From Syntrophorhabdaceae bacterium (GTDB lineage Bacteria; Desulfobacterota; Syntrophorhabdia; Syntrophorhabdales; Syntrophorhabdaceae), in NCBI GenBank assembly GCA_963665295.1, contig OY762209.1, forward strand, positions 1,344,001 through 1,408,000: a stretch of DNA of 64,000 nt, written 5' to 3'. Of this stretch, positions 1 through 10,184 are shown piece by piece. How positions within the stretch are numbered: the first letter of the stretch is position 1; every line of letters begins with the position of its first letter. The notes below the pieces were generated by a model. That model was not told the origin of the DNA. It was given only the letters and a program-made list of their open reading frames with translations, and made no database searches. The translations under genes were made by a program, and so were the position numbers.

Positions 1-664
1 TTGGGGTTTCATCCATACAGACCACCGGGAATCTTTTATCATACGGGCGTTTATATACATCGAGTACGTTCTCCATGGCGGCGACGAAATCAGCATTGCC
101 CTCCGGTGGAATGACCCATCCTTGCTGCTTCCAGGGTTTTGTTTCGTTTTTTTAAAACCCGACGCACGGTTTCATAGGAGATATTCTCGATATAATTGAG
201 CGCTACGGCCCGGTTCGCGAGCATACGCAAGGTCCACCTCGCAAAACCTTCTGGTGGTTCGCTACAGCTCAAGGCAATGAGGTGGGCCTCGAAATCGCCA
301 TCCGCCTTCTTCTCGTAGACTCGCTCTGCTTTGTGTCCGGTAAGGGCAGTCTCAAGTCCTTCTTCCACGAATCGCTTTTTTACTCTATCTATCTTACGCA
401 TGCTGATTCGCAACACTGCCGATATATCCTCGTTCTTCATCGGGTGGTCCTGGAACCGGCCCTGATCGCAATTGAGAAGAACCAGCGCATTGAGCACCTT
501 TTGGGCTTTATGATTTCCTTTTTGCACCACGCCTTCAAGTTCCTTTCGCTCTTCTTTTTCGAGCACCACCCTATATTTTATCATTCGGACCTCCCCATGG
601 TGAAATTTAACCCTTGAGGAGATTCTATATCATACTATACGACATTACAAGTGTGATGTGACAC
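1..664 (-). mobile_element. IS630-family element (partial, runs off the left edge)
   Basis: ORF 90-584 is an IS630-type HTH N-terminal half (PPEGFARWTLRML). An A8 run near 147-154 links to a second frame reading PWKQQGWVIPPEGNADFVAAMENVLDVY...VVCMDE. The element end ...GTGACAC is followed by TA (665-666), the IS630 target. Confidence 0.88.
90..584 (-). CDS. IS630 transposase, N-terminal HTH frame (probable programmed frameshift)
   Basis: Translation matches the IS630 winged-HTH pattern; slippery TTTTAAAAAAAAC near the ORF end. Confidence 0.85.
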   Translation of the reverse strand: MIKYRVVLEKEERKELEGVVQKGNHKAQKVLNALVLLNCDQGRFQDHPMKNEDISAVLRISMRKIDRVKKRFVEEGLETALTGHKAERVYEKKADGDFEAHLIALSCSEPPEGFARWTLRMLANRAVALNYIENISYETVRRVLKKRNKTLEAARMGHSTGGQC

Positions 665-743
665 TAGGTGTTCTACTGTGGTGGCTGAGTGCTGTCGAGG
701 GGGAATGTAACGAAAGAAAGAACCCTAATGTCAAGGACGTCCC

Positions 744-1175
744 CTAAAGGGCACCATGGCGCCCCCGTTCTTGTTTTCCTCTAGCAGAGTGTTGCCTTCT
801 GACAGTGGATTTTCCCAATAACCAAAAAGCAGCTGGGCCTAACGCCAGTGTTCCCAAAAGATAGGGCCCAATGTGTCGCGGCACTGGCAGATATTCAAGG
901 TAGTGAAGCACAAATATCGCGCCCAAAGGAATACCTACAACCATCAGGATGATCGAATATGCAGCCGTCCTTTTCTCTGGATGTTCCCTTATATACCTAA
1001 GCATGCCAGACCAGTATGCAGGAACTAATACTGTCGCGGTCCATAGACAAACTGCCCCAGCGAATGAGGCCCACTTTGTGAAGAGTCCAAAGTGATCTAA
1101 TGCGGCGTATACGAAAAAAAGGCCTGCCATGATGAATAGTCGTAATACTGGTGCTCTAAATTCTAGTAATCGCAT
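744..1175 (-). CDS. Small 4-TM membrane protein, candidate immunity cassette gene
   Basis: Hydrophobic segments. ATG at 1175 follows an upstream stop (1181-1183). Its TAG stop abuts the GGGGACGTCC boundary motif. Confidence 0.6.
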   Translation of the reverse strand: MRLLEFRAPVLRLFIMAGLFFVYAALDHFGLFTKWASFAGAVCLWTATVLVPAYWSGMLRYIREHPEKRTAAYSIILMVVGIPLGAIFVLHYLEYLPVPRHIGPYLLGTLALGPAAFWLLGKSTVRRQHSARGKQERGRHGAL

Positions 1176-1317
1176 TATACCTACCTGTTTGACATACTGG
1201 TTCGATCCTGATAATACCGATAAACGCACTTACTCGTCTGAACAATCAACGCTGTCCCAAAGGAATACGAACGAATCGCCATTCCGCTCCCAAATCCAGC
1301 GCGCACAGTAGATGATT

Positions 1318-1506
1318 TCAACGGGGAACGCAGATTTCGCGCTTGTTGTAGCGAACTTGATGGTCATACGTGATGCCGTTCTCGGCATAATGGAATGAAG
1401 GGGTCCAGTGAACCGACCGCACTATGGATTCAACTTCTTCGATTTCACTAGAAAGAGTTCGCTTGAGTTGGTCACCGCAATGATAAAATACCGTCTCAGA
1501 CTTCAT
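1318..1506 (-). pseudogene. Truncated N-terminal gene fragment, cut at a GGGGAAC motif
   Basis: 62-aa ORF with RBS-like GGGAG upstream, ending within the boundary motif at 1323-1331. Confidence 0.35.
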
Positions 1507-1860
1507 ATCGTAATGTGAATCTCCCTGCTAGCATTTCTAAAAGCAACGAATCACGTAATAGGCCCTTTGTCCCAATGATACAACCCCGGCTTCCGCATGG
1601 CAAGAGGATTCGCAGTCAGTTCCGAAAACCTGACGATAGACTTCGAGCCTAACCCACCCCAGCTTGGCCAATGATAGCCGCTCAAACAATAATTCCTTCT
1701 TGACAGTTAATTGAGATAATGTGAAAATGGGCCGTAGGCATGGAACTTTGCACAACCGAGAGGGGATTAGGTGGATGCAAGGCTCAGTATTATTCCATCA
1801 TGGCTTTTGCCTGATTATCTTAGACCCCTTTCAGCGCCAGGCGTTAACCTTCTTTTTAGC

Positions 1861-3781
1861 CCGAAGTTCCCCGCCCAATATTAACCCATCACCTTGATAT
1901 TCCAATGATTATGGCAGAAATTGATTTCCCGTTACTGGCTACAGTCCGAGGAGGGCAAGGGCGCGGGCCTGGAGAGGTGTCGGATCAGTAAGAAGGGTGA
2001 AGGCCGGGGCCATGGAGTCCAAAACCATCCTGCACCGGTTTTTGCATCGGGTCCCCAGTGCGGCAAGGAGGGTACGGAAGCTCTGGACGGGAAGGCCGTC
2101 AGGGGTGAGCTTGGTGGTCTTCTTTTTCTTTGCGGAAGAAGATGACTCCGCGGGCTTTACCGGGTCTCTCGTCGTTCGTGAGAGGGGAAGCTCCTCATCG
2201 TCGAAGAGCAGCGGCGTAAGGGCCTCCCTCATATGCCACTCTACGTAATAGGCGAGGGTGCAGAGAAAGATGTGGGCTCGCACGTGATCCTCGGTACGGT
2301 GGTGAATGGGACGGACGAGAAGATCGATGCCCTTCAAGGTCCTGAAGGCCCGCTCTACCCGGGCAAGGTTCTTGTAGTTCCGTACCACATCGGCGGGAGG
2401 AAGGGCTGGTTCACTCGTACGGATCACATAGATCCCGTCGAGGGCTTCTTCTTCGGTGATTGACTCCTCGTTCCGGGCGAATGAGAAGGACCCGTCTCCG
2501 ATGGTAAGGATAAAGTGCTTCGCCATCTTGTGATCGTTGACTACCGCGCCGACTTTCTTCCCTATCTCCGCTGCGGAAAGAGGCGTCCTTGTCCTTCTCC
2601 CGACCGCCCGTACAATGGAGGACAACTTCTTTTCCGTCACATCGAGGAGCGCGTTTCTTTTCCTCTTTCTCTCTTCGGCAAGAAGGGGGTTGAAGCAAGC
2701 GATGAGCCTTTCCCCCGGATACTCGGGAGAGGTGATTTCCGCAAAGTCCTGGGTATCGAAGAGGGACATCTGGATGCTCCCCTGTCCCACAAGCTCGCGT
2801 ATGGCGGAAGACCTGAGGGCCGATATCCACCCTATGCCGGGCATCTCCTTTATCTTTGTAATCTGTGTCTCCGTAAGCATGCCCCTGTCGCCCACGAGGA
2901 CGAGGTGATCGAGACCGAATCTTTCTTTGAGCTTTGCCGTCTGGTCGGGAATGGTAGAGGGATCGCCCGTATTCCCCGGATAGACGGTAACTGCAACAGG
3001 TCGGCCTTCGTGATCGGTGAGTACTCCATAGACGATGATCCTCTTTCCCTTTTCATCCCGGTCATGGCCGAACTGCGCAAGGGGACAGGTGTGGCCCTCG
3101 TAGTAACTGCTCGTCACATCGTAGAGCACGAGCGAGCCCTCGGTAAGGTGCTTATTCGCCAGCTTCTTCTCGATCCGCTCCTGTCTTGCCAAAAGCCAGT
3201 CCAGGGCATCATAGAGTTCGTCCTCATCGGCATCTGCAACCGAGAGTTCCTCCGCCACCGAAGTAGTATGCCAGAGCCTCGTAGTTGCTAATTTCGATGA
3301 GGGGTGGATGAGGCGTTCCACGATCATGGCGATTACGAGGTCTCTCTCCCTTCCAGGCTTCGAGGCAATGACCGTATCAAGGCCAAGCTTCTTTATTGTC
3401 CCGAGTATGGCCTCCACATGGCCGTGGGGGAGAGACTGCTCAACCTTAAAGGCTTCCTTCGGAGAGACGAGAGACTCCCCTTTCAATACACGCCTCAAGA
3501 GCTCGATCTTCTCTTCCGGCCAATCAGTGAGGTTTGCGACTGTCTTCTTCTTTATCTTTTTGCCTTCCCTCCATGCCTCCCTCAAGAGGATGGCGGGCCG
3601 GGAGTTGCGGTTGGGGATGCTTTCGATGTACATGGAACATATATAGCAAATAGCTTACCTACATGTCAAGTACATAATGCACTATTACATGGCAACAAGT
3701 AGAAGATATGATTATCACCCTATTCCCGTCATTTCAACGGGATAGAGTGATATTGGGGGGATTTCACAGGGGGAACTTCGG
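1861..3781 (-). mobile_element. IS1634-family element, copy 1 (1921 bp)
   Basis: Terminal IR CCGAAGTTCCCC/GGGGAACTTCGG; 6-bp target duplication TTTAGC. Confidence 0.95.
1939..3633 (-). CDS. IS1634-family DDE transposase
   Basis: 564 aa; LYDVTSSYYEG, VGDRGM and VERAFRTLK...RPIHH motifs. Confidence 0.93.
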   Translation of the reverse strand: MYIESIPNRNSRPAILLREAWREGKKIKKKTVANLTDWPEEKIELLRRVLKGESLVSPKEAFKVEQSLPHGHVEAILGTIKKLGLDTVIASKPGRERDLVIAMIVERLIHPSSKLATTRLWHTTSVAEELSVADADEDELYDALDWLLARQERIEKKLANKHLTEGSLVLYDVTSSYYEGHTCPLAQFGHDRDEKGKRIIVYGVLTDHEGRPVAVTVYPGNTGDPSTIPDQTAKLKERFGLDHLVLVGDRGMLTETQITKIKEMPGIGWISALRSSAIRELVGQGSIQMSLFDTQDFAEITSPEYPGERLIACFNPLLAEERKRKRNALLDVTEKKLSSIVRAVGRRTRTPLSAAEIGKKVGAVVNDHKMAKHFILTIGDGSFSFARNEESITEEEALDGIYVIRTSEPALPPADVVRNYKNLARVERAFRTLKGIDLLVRPIHHRTEDHVRAHIFLCTLAYYVEWHMREALTPLLFDDEELPLSRTTRDPVKPAESSSSAKKKKTTKLTPDGLPVQSFRTLLAALGTRCKNRCRMVLDSMAPAFTLLTDPTPLQARALALLGL

Positions 3782-3844
3782 TTTAGCGGGACATAAAGAT
3801 TAAACTACAAATTAAGGGTTCATTTTCAAGGGAGTGACTTAGCA

Positions 3845-4007
3845 GGGACGTCCATCAAGCTATCAAATCAGCCATGCTATAGCCTTCTGTACCCCTAAGA
3901 TGATGCACCGCCCCTGCGGCATCAATGCGAGCTTTTCTCGGCATGAAGATATGGTATCAGGGAGGGGTATGGATGTCAAGTGAATGTGATTATTTAATGG
4001 ACGTCCC
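3845..4007 (-). mobile_element. 163-bp MITE-like internal-deletion derivative of a RAYT/Y1 tyrosine transposase locus, copy A
   Basis: TIR GGGACGTCCATCAA...TTAATGGACGTCCC; minus-strand TTGACA-17-TACCAT promoter; mini-ORF 3944-3855 MPRKARIDAAGAVHHLRGTEGYSMADLIA; near-identical copy at 19446-19608. Confidence 0.8.
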
Positions 4008-4280
4008 TAATGTCCTATTCATAACGAGATATTGTATGATATGGGGGCTATAAAGGCCCAGTACATTCGTTATCCGGACCCTCACCGACTTCACGACCTG
4101 GCCTCACACCATAATGCATGGAGGTCTCATCGGCGACTGCTGGTTTCTCCTTTTGTTTGGAGTCGCGGACAGGGCCCCTGCTTGTCAATCGAAGTCCCCG
4201 GCTTATCCGTCTTTGTGAGAACATGATCGTGGGGGCGAAAAGTAAAAAGTAGCCCCCTCGACCGGCTTGCCCTCTGCCCA

Positions 4281-6947
4281 CTATCTTAAGGGCAGCCTGA
4301 TGCTTGTCGTCCCTCCCGCCAGCCACTTTCTTGTAAACCCCACCTTCGTGGCAAGGCCGAGCATTTTGTCATTTTCCGTCAATACTTCTCCGACGATCTC
4401 GTCCAGCCCCTTTTTCCTCGCTCTCTCGATGAGGATCTGCAAGAGCTTATGGCCCAACCCTTTTTTCTGAAAACTGTCGTGGACAAGCAGCCCGAATTCG
4501 CCCGAGTTCTTTTCAACATCCACATAGAGCCGCCCCACACCTATCATCTTCTTGTGACCGTTTTCCGTGATTTCCGCGACAATGGCCAGTTGCCGGTCGT
4601 AGTCTATGTTGCAAAAGAGGACGAGCCTGTCATGGCTTACGTTCCCGAAGAAAGAGAAGAACCTTGTCCTGCGCGATTCTTCCGACAAGCTCTCAAGCAG
4701 CTCACGCTCCATGGGCTCATCCTCGGGTTTTATGGGCCTCAGCACTACCTCGGTTCCATCCGTAAACTTCCAGTTCGTGATGAGACCTATCGGGTATGGG
4801 GTGATTACCAGGTGGGGATATTGCGAAGAATAATTGATGGGTTCCGTTTCGAGGACGATCCGGGCATCAAGTGCATGGGGCTTACCTCGTGACACGGCCA
4901 GCGGATTTATATCAATCTCTGCTATTTCAGGGAAGTCCACGAGAAGATTGGAGAAACTGACAAGGATCTCCTCGATCTCCTCTAAGTTCGCAGGCGCTTT
5001 ACCCCTGTAACCTTGAATCAACCTGTATGCCTTGGTCTCTTCGAGAAGCCGCTTTGCAAGAGTCTGGTTAAGCGGGGGCAAGGCTATGGAAAAATCCTTG
5101 ATAAGCTCCGCGGTTATCCCTCCCATCCCAAAGAGGATGACAGAACCGAAATCTTTATCCCTTTTTGACCCGAGGATAAGTTCGTAATCGATTGCCTGGA
5201 TCATCTTCTGGACAGTCACGCCTTCTATGGCAGCGCGAGGTGCACGCTCGTTAACCTCCCTCATCATTCTTGCATAGGCGTTCCTGAGATGATCACCTGA
5301 ATTGATCCCTGTGATGACGCCCCCTACGTCACTCTTGTGCGAGATGTCCGGGGACACTATCTTGATCACCACCGGGTAGCCAAGCTGCTTTGCCACATCT
5401 TCCGCCTCTTCAGAAGTACTGGCCAAACGGGGAACCGTTGTGGGAATGCCGTAACCGGCGATTAACTCTTTCGATTCCTTCTCGTTAAGAAGCGTCCTCC
5501 CCTCCAGAGCAGCTTTTTTGATGAGGTCCTTGAGCGGCCCTTTCTGCGGGGTTTTATGCTCCGACAATTCCGAAGGAGTCTCATAGAGCAACCCGAGGTT
5601 TCTCTTGTATCTGAACATATTGGCATAGGTCCTCACCGCTTTTTCCGGTGTTTCATACGTGGGAATATTGTTTTGAACCAGCATCTCTCTTGCGTTTCTC
5701 ACCTGCCTTCCGCCCATCCAGGCCGTGATGATGGGTTTCCCCGATTTTTTCGCGCTGTCGACAACCGCCCGGGCAACGTCTTCGGACCCCGCGATAGTCA
5801 TGGGGACGTAAATGACGAGAACACCGTCTACGCCCGGGTCAGCGAGACATGCATCGACTGCCTTCGCATATCTCGCGGTATCGGCATCCCCGAGCACGTC
5901 AACGGGATTGCCCTTGCTCCAGTGGGGCGGCAAGGCATTATTCAGCTTCCCGATAGTCTCTGGGGAAAGCCGGGCAAGTTCCCCTCCAAGATCGATAAGG
6001 GCATCGGTTGCCATGACGCCGGGCCCGCCTGCTGCCGTCACAATGGCAAGTCTCGGTCCGCCGGGCAGCTTCCGGGAATCGAGAACCTCGGCGGCGTCGA
6101 ACAAGTCCTCAATCTCTCTCACCCGTACGACGCCCACCCTCTTGAACGCGGCCTCATAGATGGTATCGTCTCCGGCCATCGCGCCCGTATGGGATCGGGC
6201 AGCCTTCGCGCTTTCGGCAAACCTTCCCGGCTTGAGGACTATTATGGGCTTGTGGAGCGAGAAGGCCCGGGCAGCGCTCATGAACTTTTTTGCATCGCCG
6301 ACTCCTTCCATGTAAATCAGGATGCTCTTTGTATCCCAGTCGTCTCCGAGAAAGTCTACGAGATCCCCAAACCCGACATCGATCATTGAACCAAGGGAGA
6401 CAAACATGCTGAATCCAACGTGGGCGTCCGCTGCCCAGTCGAGTATTGCATCGCCCAGCGCGCCGCTCTGTGAAATGAATGCAATATCCCCGGGCGGAGG
6501 AGTTGTTTCCATGAACGTGGTATTGAGTCCCGCATTGGGCCTTATAAAGCCCAGACAGTTTGCCCCCAGAATACGCATGCCGTAACGTTTTCTGATATCA
6601 GATATCTGTTCCTCAAGGAGTACTCCCTCGGCGCCCGTTTCCTTGAAGCCCGCGGAGATTATCACGGCGCCGCCCACACCGGCTTTCCCGCAATCTTCCA
6701 CCAGGCCGGGTACCCCCTTAGCGGGCGTGGCGATAACCGCGAGATCTAAATGCTCTGGAATGCTGCCGATATCCGGGTAGCATTCGTGTCCGAGCAGCGT
6801 CTTTTTGTGGGGGTTCACGGGGAAAATCTTTCTATCCCTGGAATTGAGCAGGTTCGTCAGGATTATCCGGCCGACAGCGCCATCTTTATCCGTTGCGCCG
6901 ATCAAAGCTATGCTTTTGGGGTCAAAAATACTGGAAAGAGTTGCCAT
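4281..6947 (-). CDS. Bifunctional acetate-CoA ligase (ADP-forming) family / GNAT N-acetyltransferase (Pat-like)
   Basis: CoA-binding N-terminus (PKSIALIGA), SQSGA, SHTG, NPVD, ATP-grasp HKSDVGGV, C-terminal GNAT domain. Confidence 0.92.
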   Translation of the reverse strand: MATLSSIFDPKSIALIGATDKDGAVGRIILTNLLNSRDRKIFPVNPHKKTLLGHECYPDIGSIPEHLDLAVIATPAKGVPGLVEDCGKAGVGGAVIISAGFKETGAEGVLLEEQISDIRKRYGMRILGANCLGFIRPNAGLNTTFMETTPPPGDIAFISQSGALGDAILDWAADAHVGFSMFVSLGSMIDVGFGDLVDFLGDDWDTKSILIYMEGVGDAKKFMSAARAFSLHKPIIVLKPGRFAESAKAARSHTGAMAGDDTIYEAAFKRVGVVRVREIEDLFDAAEVLDSRKLPGGPRLAIVTAAGGPGVMATDALIDLGGELARLSPETIGKLNNALPPHWSKGNPVDVLGDADTARYAKAVDACLADPGVDGVLVIYVPMTIAGSEDVARAVVDSAKKSGKPIITAWMGGRQVRNAREMLVQNNIPTYETPEKAVRTYANMFRYKRNLGLLYETPSELSEHKTPQKGPLKDLIKKAALEGRTLLNEKESKELIAGYGIPTTVPRLASTSEEAEDVAKQLGYPVVIKIVSPDISHKSDVGGVITGINSGDHLRNAYARMMREVNERAPRAAIEGVTVQKMIQAIDYELILGSKRDKDFGSVILFGMGGITAELIKDFSIALPPLNQTLAKRLLEETKAYRLIQGYRGKAPANLEEIEEILVSFSNLLVDFPEIAEIDINPLAVSRGKPHALDARIVLETEPINYSSQYPHLVITPYPIGLITNWKFTDGTEVVLRPIKPEDEPMERELLESLSEESRRTRFFSFFGNVSHDRLVLFCNIDYDRQLAIVAEITENGHKKMIGVGRLYVDVEKNSGEFGLLVHDSFQKKGLGHKLLQILIERARKKGLDEIVGEVLTENDKMLGLATKVGFTRKWLAGGTTSIRLPLR

Positions 6948-7909
6948 CGTTCGCCTCCGTACTATTCGGTTTCTGTACCCTTGCGGATGGTCTGCGACTC
7001 TCCGATAACCCGGCCTGATCCGGTCGCTTATTGTCTTTATGATGGCAACCTATGCATTATGAGCCTGTTGTGCAACCAGGAACAATAGGCCCAAATCCAC
7101 CGCCTACTCTTCCCTATCCCCCGCTTTATGATCCCTGAATCAGAATTTTGATCAACTCACCCTTTTTTGGGCATCAAAAAAGGTTCGTCCGCTGCCGTTC
7201 GTTTAAGGAGACACCGTTTATGTTCCTCCTAAGGGTATTTTGGCGCGCACCTCTCCTTTTGCAATGCGCCTTATGCTTCTCCTTCATCTCAGGGTTTTCC
7301 CACGCATGCTATCCCGACAGAGCCAGTCTCATGATTTTCTGCCGTGCTTCCGCAAGAAGAGCGAAGGAGGGATGGTACCTTGCAATCCTGATCACCAGTT
7401 GCCGGGCATGGTCGACGATCCGGCCGGGCAGGTTGATAAGACCGAAGCGGATTGCTTTTATCCGCTTTTGCACCCAGGAGCCTCCGAGGGCGAGTTGTTT
7501 CATGGCTGCATGAAGATTGAAAGCAAGGACCATGATCCACCACCATGCCGCATTCTCTCCGAAGTTCCCCGACGGGAGCTTTCCGCCTGCGAGGTCCTCT
7601 TTTAGGACGGCGTGGGCCTCCTCGCTCTTACCGCAACGTTCATAGGAGAAGGTAATGAGTCTCTCCCCTGCCCACTCCATGTTCGAGACGAGCCCCCGGA
7701 GCTTGTACTGCACGCCCTTGTGATCGAGGGTCGCAAAGGGAAGATCCATACCGGGCAGCACAGGTTGACGAAGCGGCTCGCGAATGACGAAGTAGCGGTA
7801 GGTTTGTCCCTTTTTTGAATGGGCGAGGGCATTGGGCACGAACTGAGTTAGGATGGATATAGTGGACACCATATGCGGTACAATATGGATACATAACGGA
7901 GGTGTCCGA

Positions 7910-8218
7910 GTGGCAAAGATTCCCAGAGGAGTGTTTACAAAAGAGTTCAAAGAGGAAGCGGTAAGAATGGTGACGGAGGGCGGTCTCGGCATACCTGAGG
8001 TAGGCAGAAGACTGTCACTTGCGAAGTCAACCCTCGCTCGGTGGGTAGCCCAGGCAAAAAGGGGCGGCCTTGTGGTAACGCGAGGTCAGGCGACGGACCA
8101 GGACATGGAAGTGGCCCGCCTGAAGCGTGAGATAGCTGAGCTCAAGATGGAGCGCGATATTTTAAAAAACGCGACCGCGTACTTTGCCAGAGAGTCGCTC
8201 AAAGGTACGCGATCGTGA
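7910..8218 (+). CDS. IS3 transposase OrfA
   Basis: FTKEFKEEAV HTH plus leucine zipper; GGAGG RBS before GTG 7910; A6C slippery site near 8164-8170. Confidence 0.88.
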   Translation: MAKIPRGVFTKEFKEEAVRMVTEGGLGIPEVGRRLSLAKSTLARWVAQAKRGGLVVTRGQATDQDMEVARLKREIAELKMERDILKNATAYFARESLKGTRS

Positions 8219-9075
8219 AAATCCTGCGACTCAAATATCCCCTTGCCCTTCTCTGTCAGGTACTCGAAGTATCTCGAAGCGGTTACTATGCATGGTTTAA
8301 CCGCCCGCTTTCGCGACGCGCCCAGGAGGAAGAACGGCTGGAGATAGAGATAAAAGCTGCTCACAAAAGAACCCGGAAGACCTGCGGTCCCGAGAGACTG
8401 CAAAAGGATCTTGCCGGGCATGGCGTAAAGGTGGGCATCTCAAGGATCAGACGGATAAGGAAGAGGCTCGGTATACGGTGTAAACAAGTGAAGAAGTACA
8501 AAACCACCACAGACTCGAATCATTCGCTCCCCGTGGCGGAGAACATCCTTGATCAGGATTTTACCGTGGAGGCTCCCGACGAGGTGTGGGTCAGCGATAT
8601 CACCTACATCCCTACCGATGAGGGCTGGCTCTACTGTGCCGCCCACAAGGACCTTTTTACCGGGGAGATCGTGGGCTACGCCCTGGGGGCGAGAATGACC
8701 AGGGAGCTTGTGCTTAGGTCTCTCATAAGAGCAGTGGCAGTAAGAAAGCCACCGAAAGGCCTGATCCACCACTCGGATCGGGGAAGCCAGTACTGCTCTA
8801 CTGAATATCAGAGACTACTCCTGCAGTTCGGCATGAAAGCTTCAATGAGCAGAAGGGGCAACTGCTACGACAACGCGCCCATGGAAAGCTTCTGGGGTAC
8901 GTTGAAAAATGAGCTTATCCATCACCGTAATTACCATACGAGGGATGAGGCGACCGGGGAGATTACCGAGTATATAGAAGTCTTCTATAACCGGGAGAGG
9001 CGCCAGAAACGGCTCGACTATTTATCTCCTGCGGCATACGCAAGAAGATACTATGCCCAGAAAAGGGCGGCGTGA
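8215..9075 (+). CDS. IS3 transposase OrfB (rve/DDE)
   Basis: WVSDITYI, HHSDRGSQY, CYDNAPMESFWGTLK. Confidence 0.95.
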   Translation: MKILRLKYPLALLCQVLEVSRSGYYAWFNRPLSRRAQEEERLEIEIKAAHKRTRKTCGPERLQKDLAGHGVKVGISRIRRIRKRLGIRCKQVKKYKTTTDSNHSLPVAENILDQDFTVEAPDEVWVSDITYIPTDEGWLYCAAHKDLFTGEIVGYALGARMTRELVLRSLIRAVAVRKPPKGLIHHSDRGSQYCSTEYQRLLLQFGMKASMSRRGNCYDNAPMESFWGTLKNELIHHRNYHTRDEATGEITEYIEVFYNRERRQKRLDYLSPAAYARRYYAQKRAA

Positions 9076-10089
9076 GAGACATTATTGGTGTCCACTATTG
9101 ACATCGGGGGTCAAACACCACCGTCGCCCACTGGCGGCGACTGTCAAGATTCTTCCATTCCTCATCGGGTACAAGAGAGACCTCGCGCTTGAACGCCTCG
9201 GTAACGGGACAACTGATCGCGAACTCTACCCTTCCGAATCGCGGATGCGCTCCTTTGTCGCAGTATGCGAGAAGATCATGGACATAGCCCGCACCGTCGG
9301 AGCGGAGGCGGACCTTCTTTACTCCTTGAGGCAGGCCGTCGAGGGTTTCCTTAAAAACCCTGAGAAGGTCATGGTTGGCGGGAGTATTGCCGTTTCGAAA
9401 CTCGGTATGGACAAGGAGTTCCTGTTCCGCCCAGAATACCTGAAGAGGCTGGTAGGCCTTATACCCCTCATATGAGAAGAAGGCATTCTTTTTTGCGGTC
9501 TCCACGAGGGTGGCATCCATGTCGAGTGTCGCAACAGATGAGGATCTTCTCCGTTGGAAGGACGCAGCGAGATCGCGGTTGATGCGCGTAAAGCCGTCAA
9601 GGAGCGAGGTATCGTGGAAAGCGGCGAGATAGCGGAATACGGATGAGGGAGAGGGAACAACGCGCGTCTTCTCTCTCCGAAAACGCAAAGAGAGCGTCGG
9701 TTCCATGCGCTCAAGGAGTCGGCAAAACCCTTTATCGGCTTCCAGCACTTTAAGGTCGTCGACACATTCCCCGCCTGCGAGAGCAAGCAGCATAAGAGAC
9801 ATGATCATCCGGGAGTCAGTCCACCCCTGATGCGGTCGAAGGGACAAATGATGCCCGATGCTCTCAGGTAGGCCAAGGGTAAAGGCCAGATCCAGGTAGA
9901 GGGGGAGTCCGGCGAGGGCGGTCATGGCCGAACCCTTTCTGTCTTCTTCATACTTGTAAGCGAGGAGACCTTGTGGCATAATTGATTCACCTCGTTGGTG
10001 ATAGATTTGGTTGGCTACCTTTATTCTATCATGCTGATTATTCAGCGCCAACGAGGTTTTCAATTATTTTTGGCGGTGGATCAGGGATA

Positions 10090-10183
10090 GGGACATCCAT
10101 TAAACCATCAAATCAGCCATGTATAGCCTTTCTCTCTCACCAAGGCTTCGCCTCTTGCGACTGCAATGCTTACTGCGGGCTGA
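10090..10183 (-). repeat. RAYT 3'-end remnant with terminal GGGACATCCATTAAA motif
   Basis: Homologous to the left arm of the 163-bp element. The minus strand reads QPAVSIAVARGEALVREKGY, like the C-terminal HTH end of RAYT-type Y1 transposases. Confidence 0.7.
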
Positions 10184-10184
10184 C

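Larger units (their letters stand above)
7844..9113 (+). mobile_element. IS3-family element (1270 bp)
   Basis: TG...CA ends; IRs share ATAGTGGACACC; 3-bp duplication AAC. Confidence 0.95.
7309..9979 (-). pseudogene. IS1380 transposase split by IS3 insertion
   Basis: N-part has LDMDAT and RLRSDGAG; C-part has YERCGKSEEAHAVLKEDL...FGENAAW. Removing the IS3 and one AAC restores the frame ...VVFVPN... (about 465 aa). Confidence 0.88.
7090..10086 (-). mobile_element. IS1380-family element interrupted by an IS3
   Basis: Imperfect IR CCCAAATCCACCGCC / GGCGGTGGATCAGGG; 5-bp duplication ATAGG (7085-7089, 10087-10091); about 1.72 kb without the IS3. Confidence 0.85.

Noticed and set aside
7309..7992. 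227-aa ORF as an independent gene
   Set aside because: Chimera of the IS3 left end read antisense and the IS1380 transposase C-terminus.
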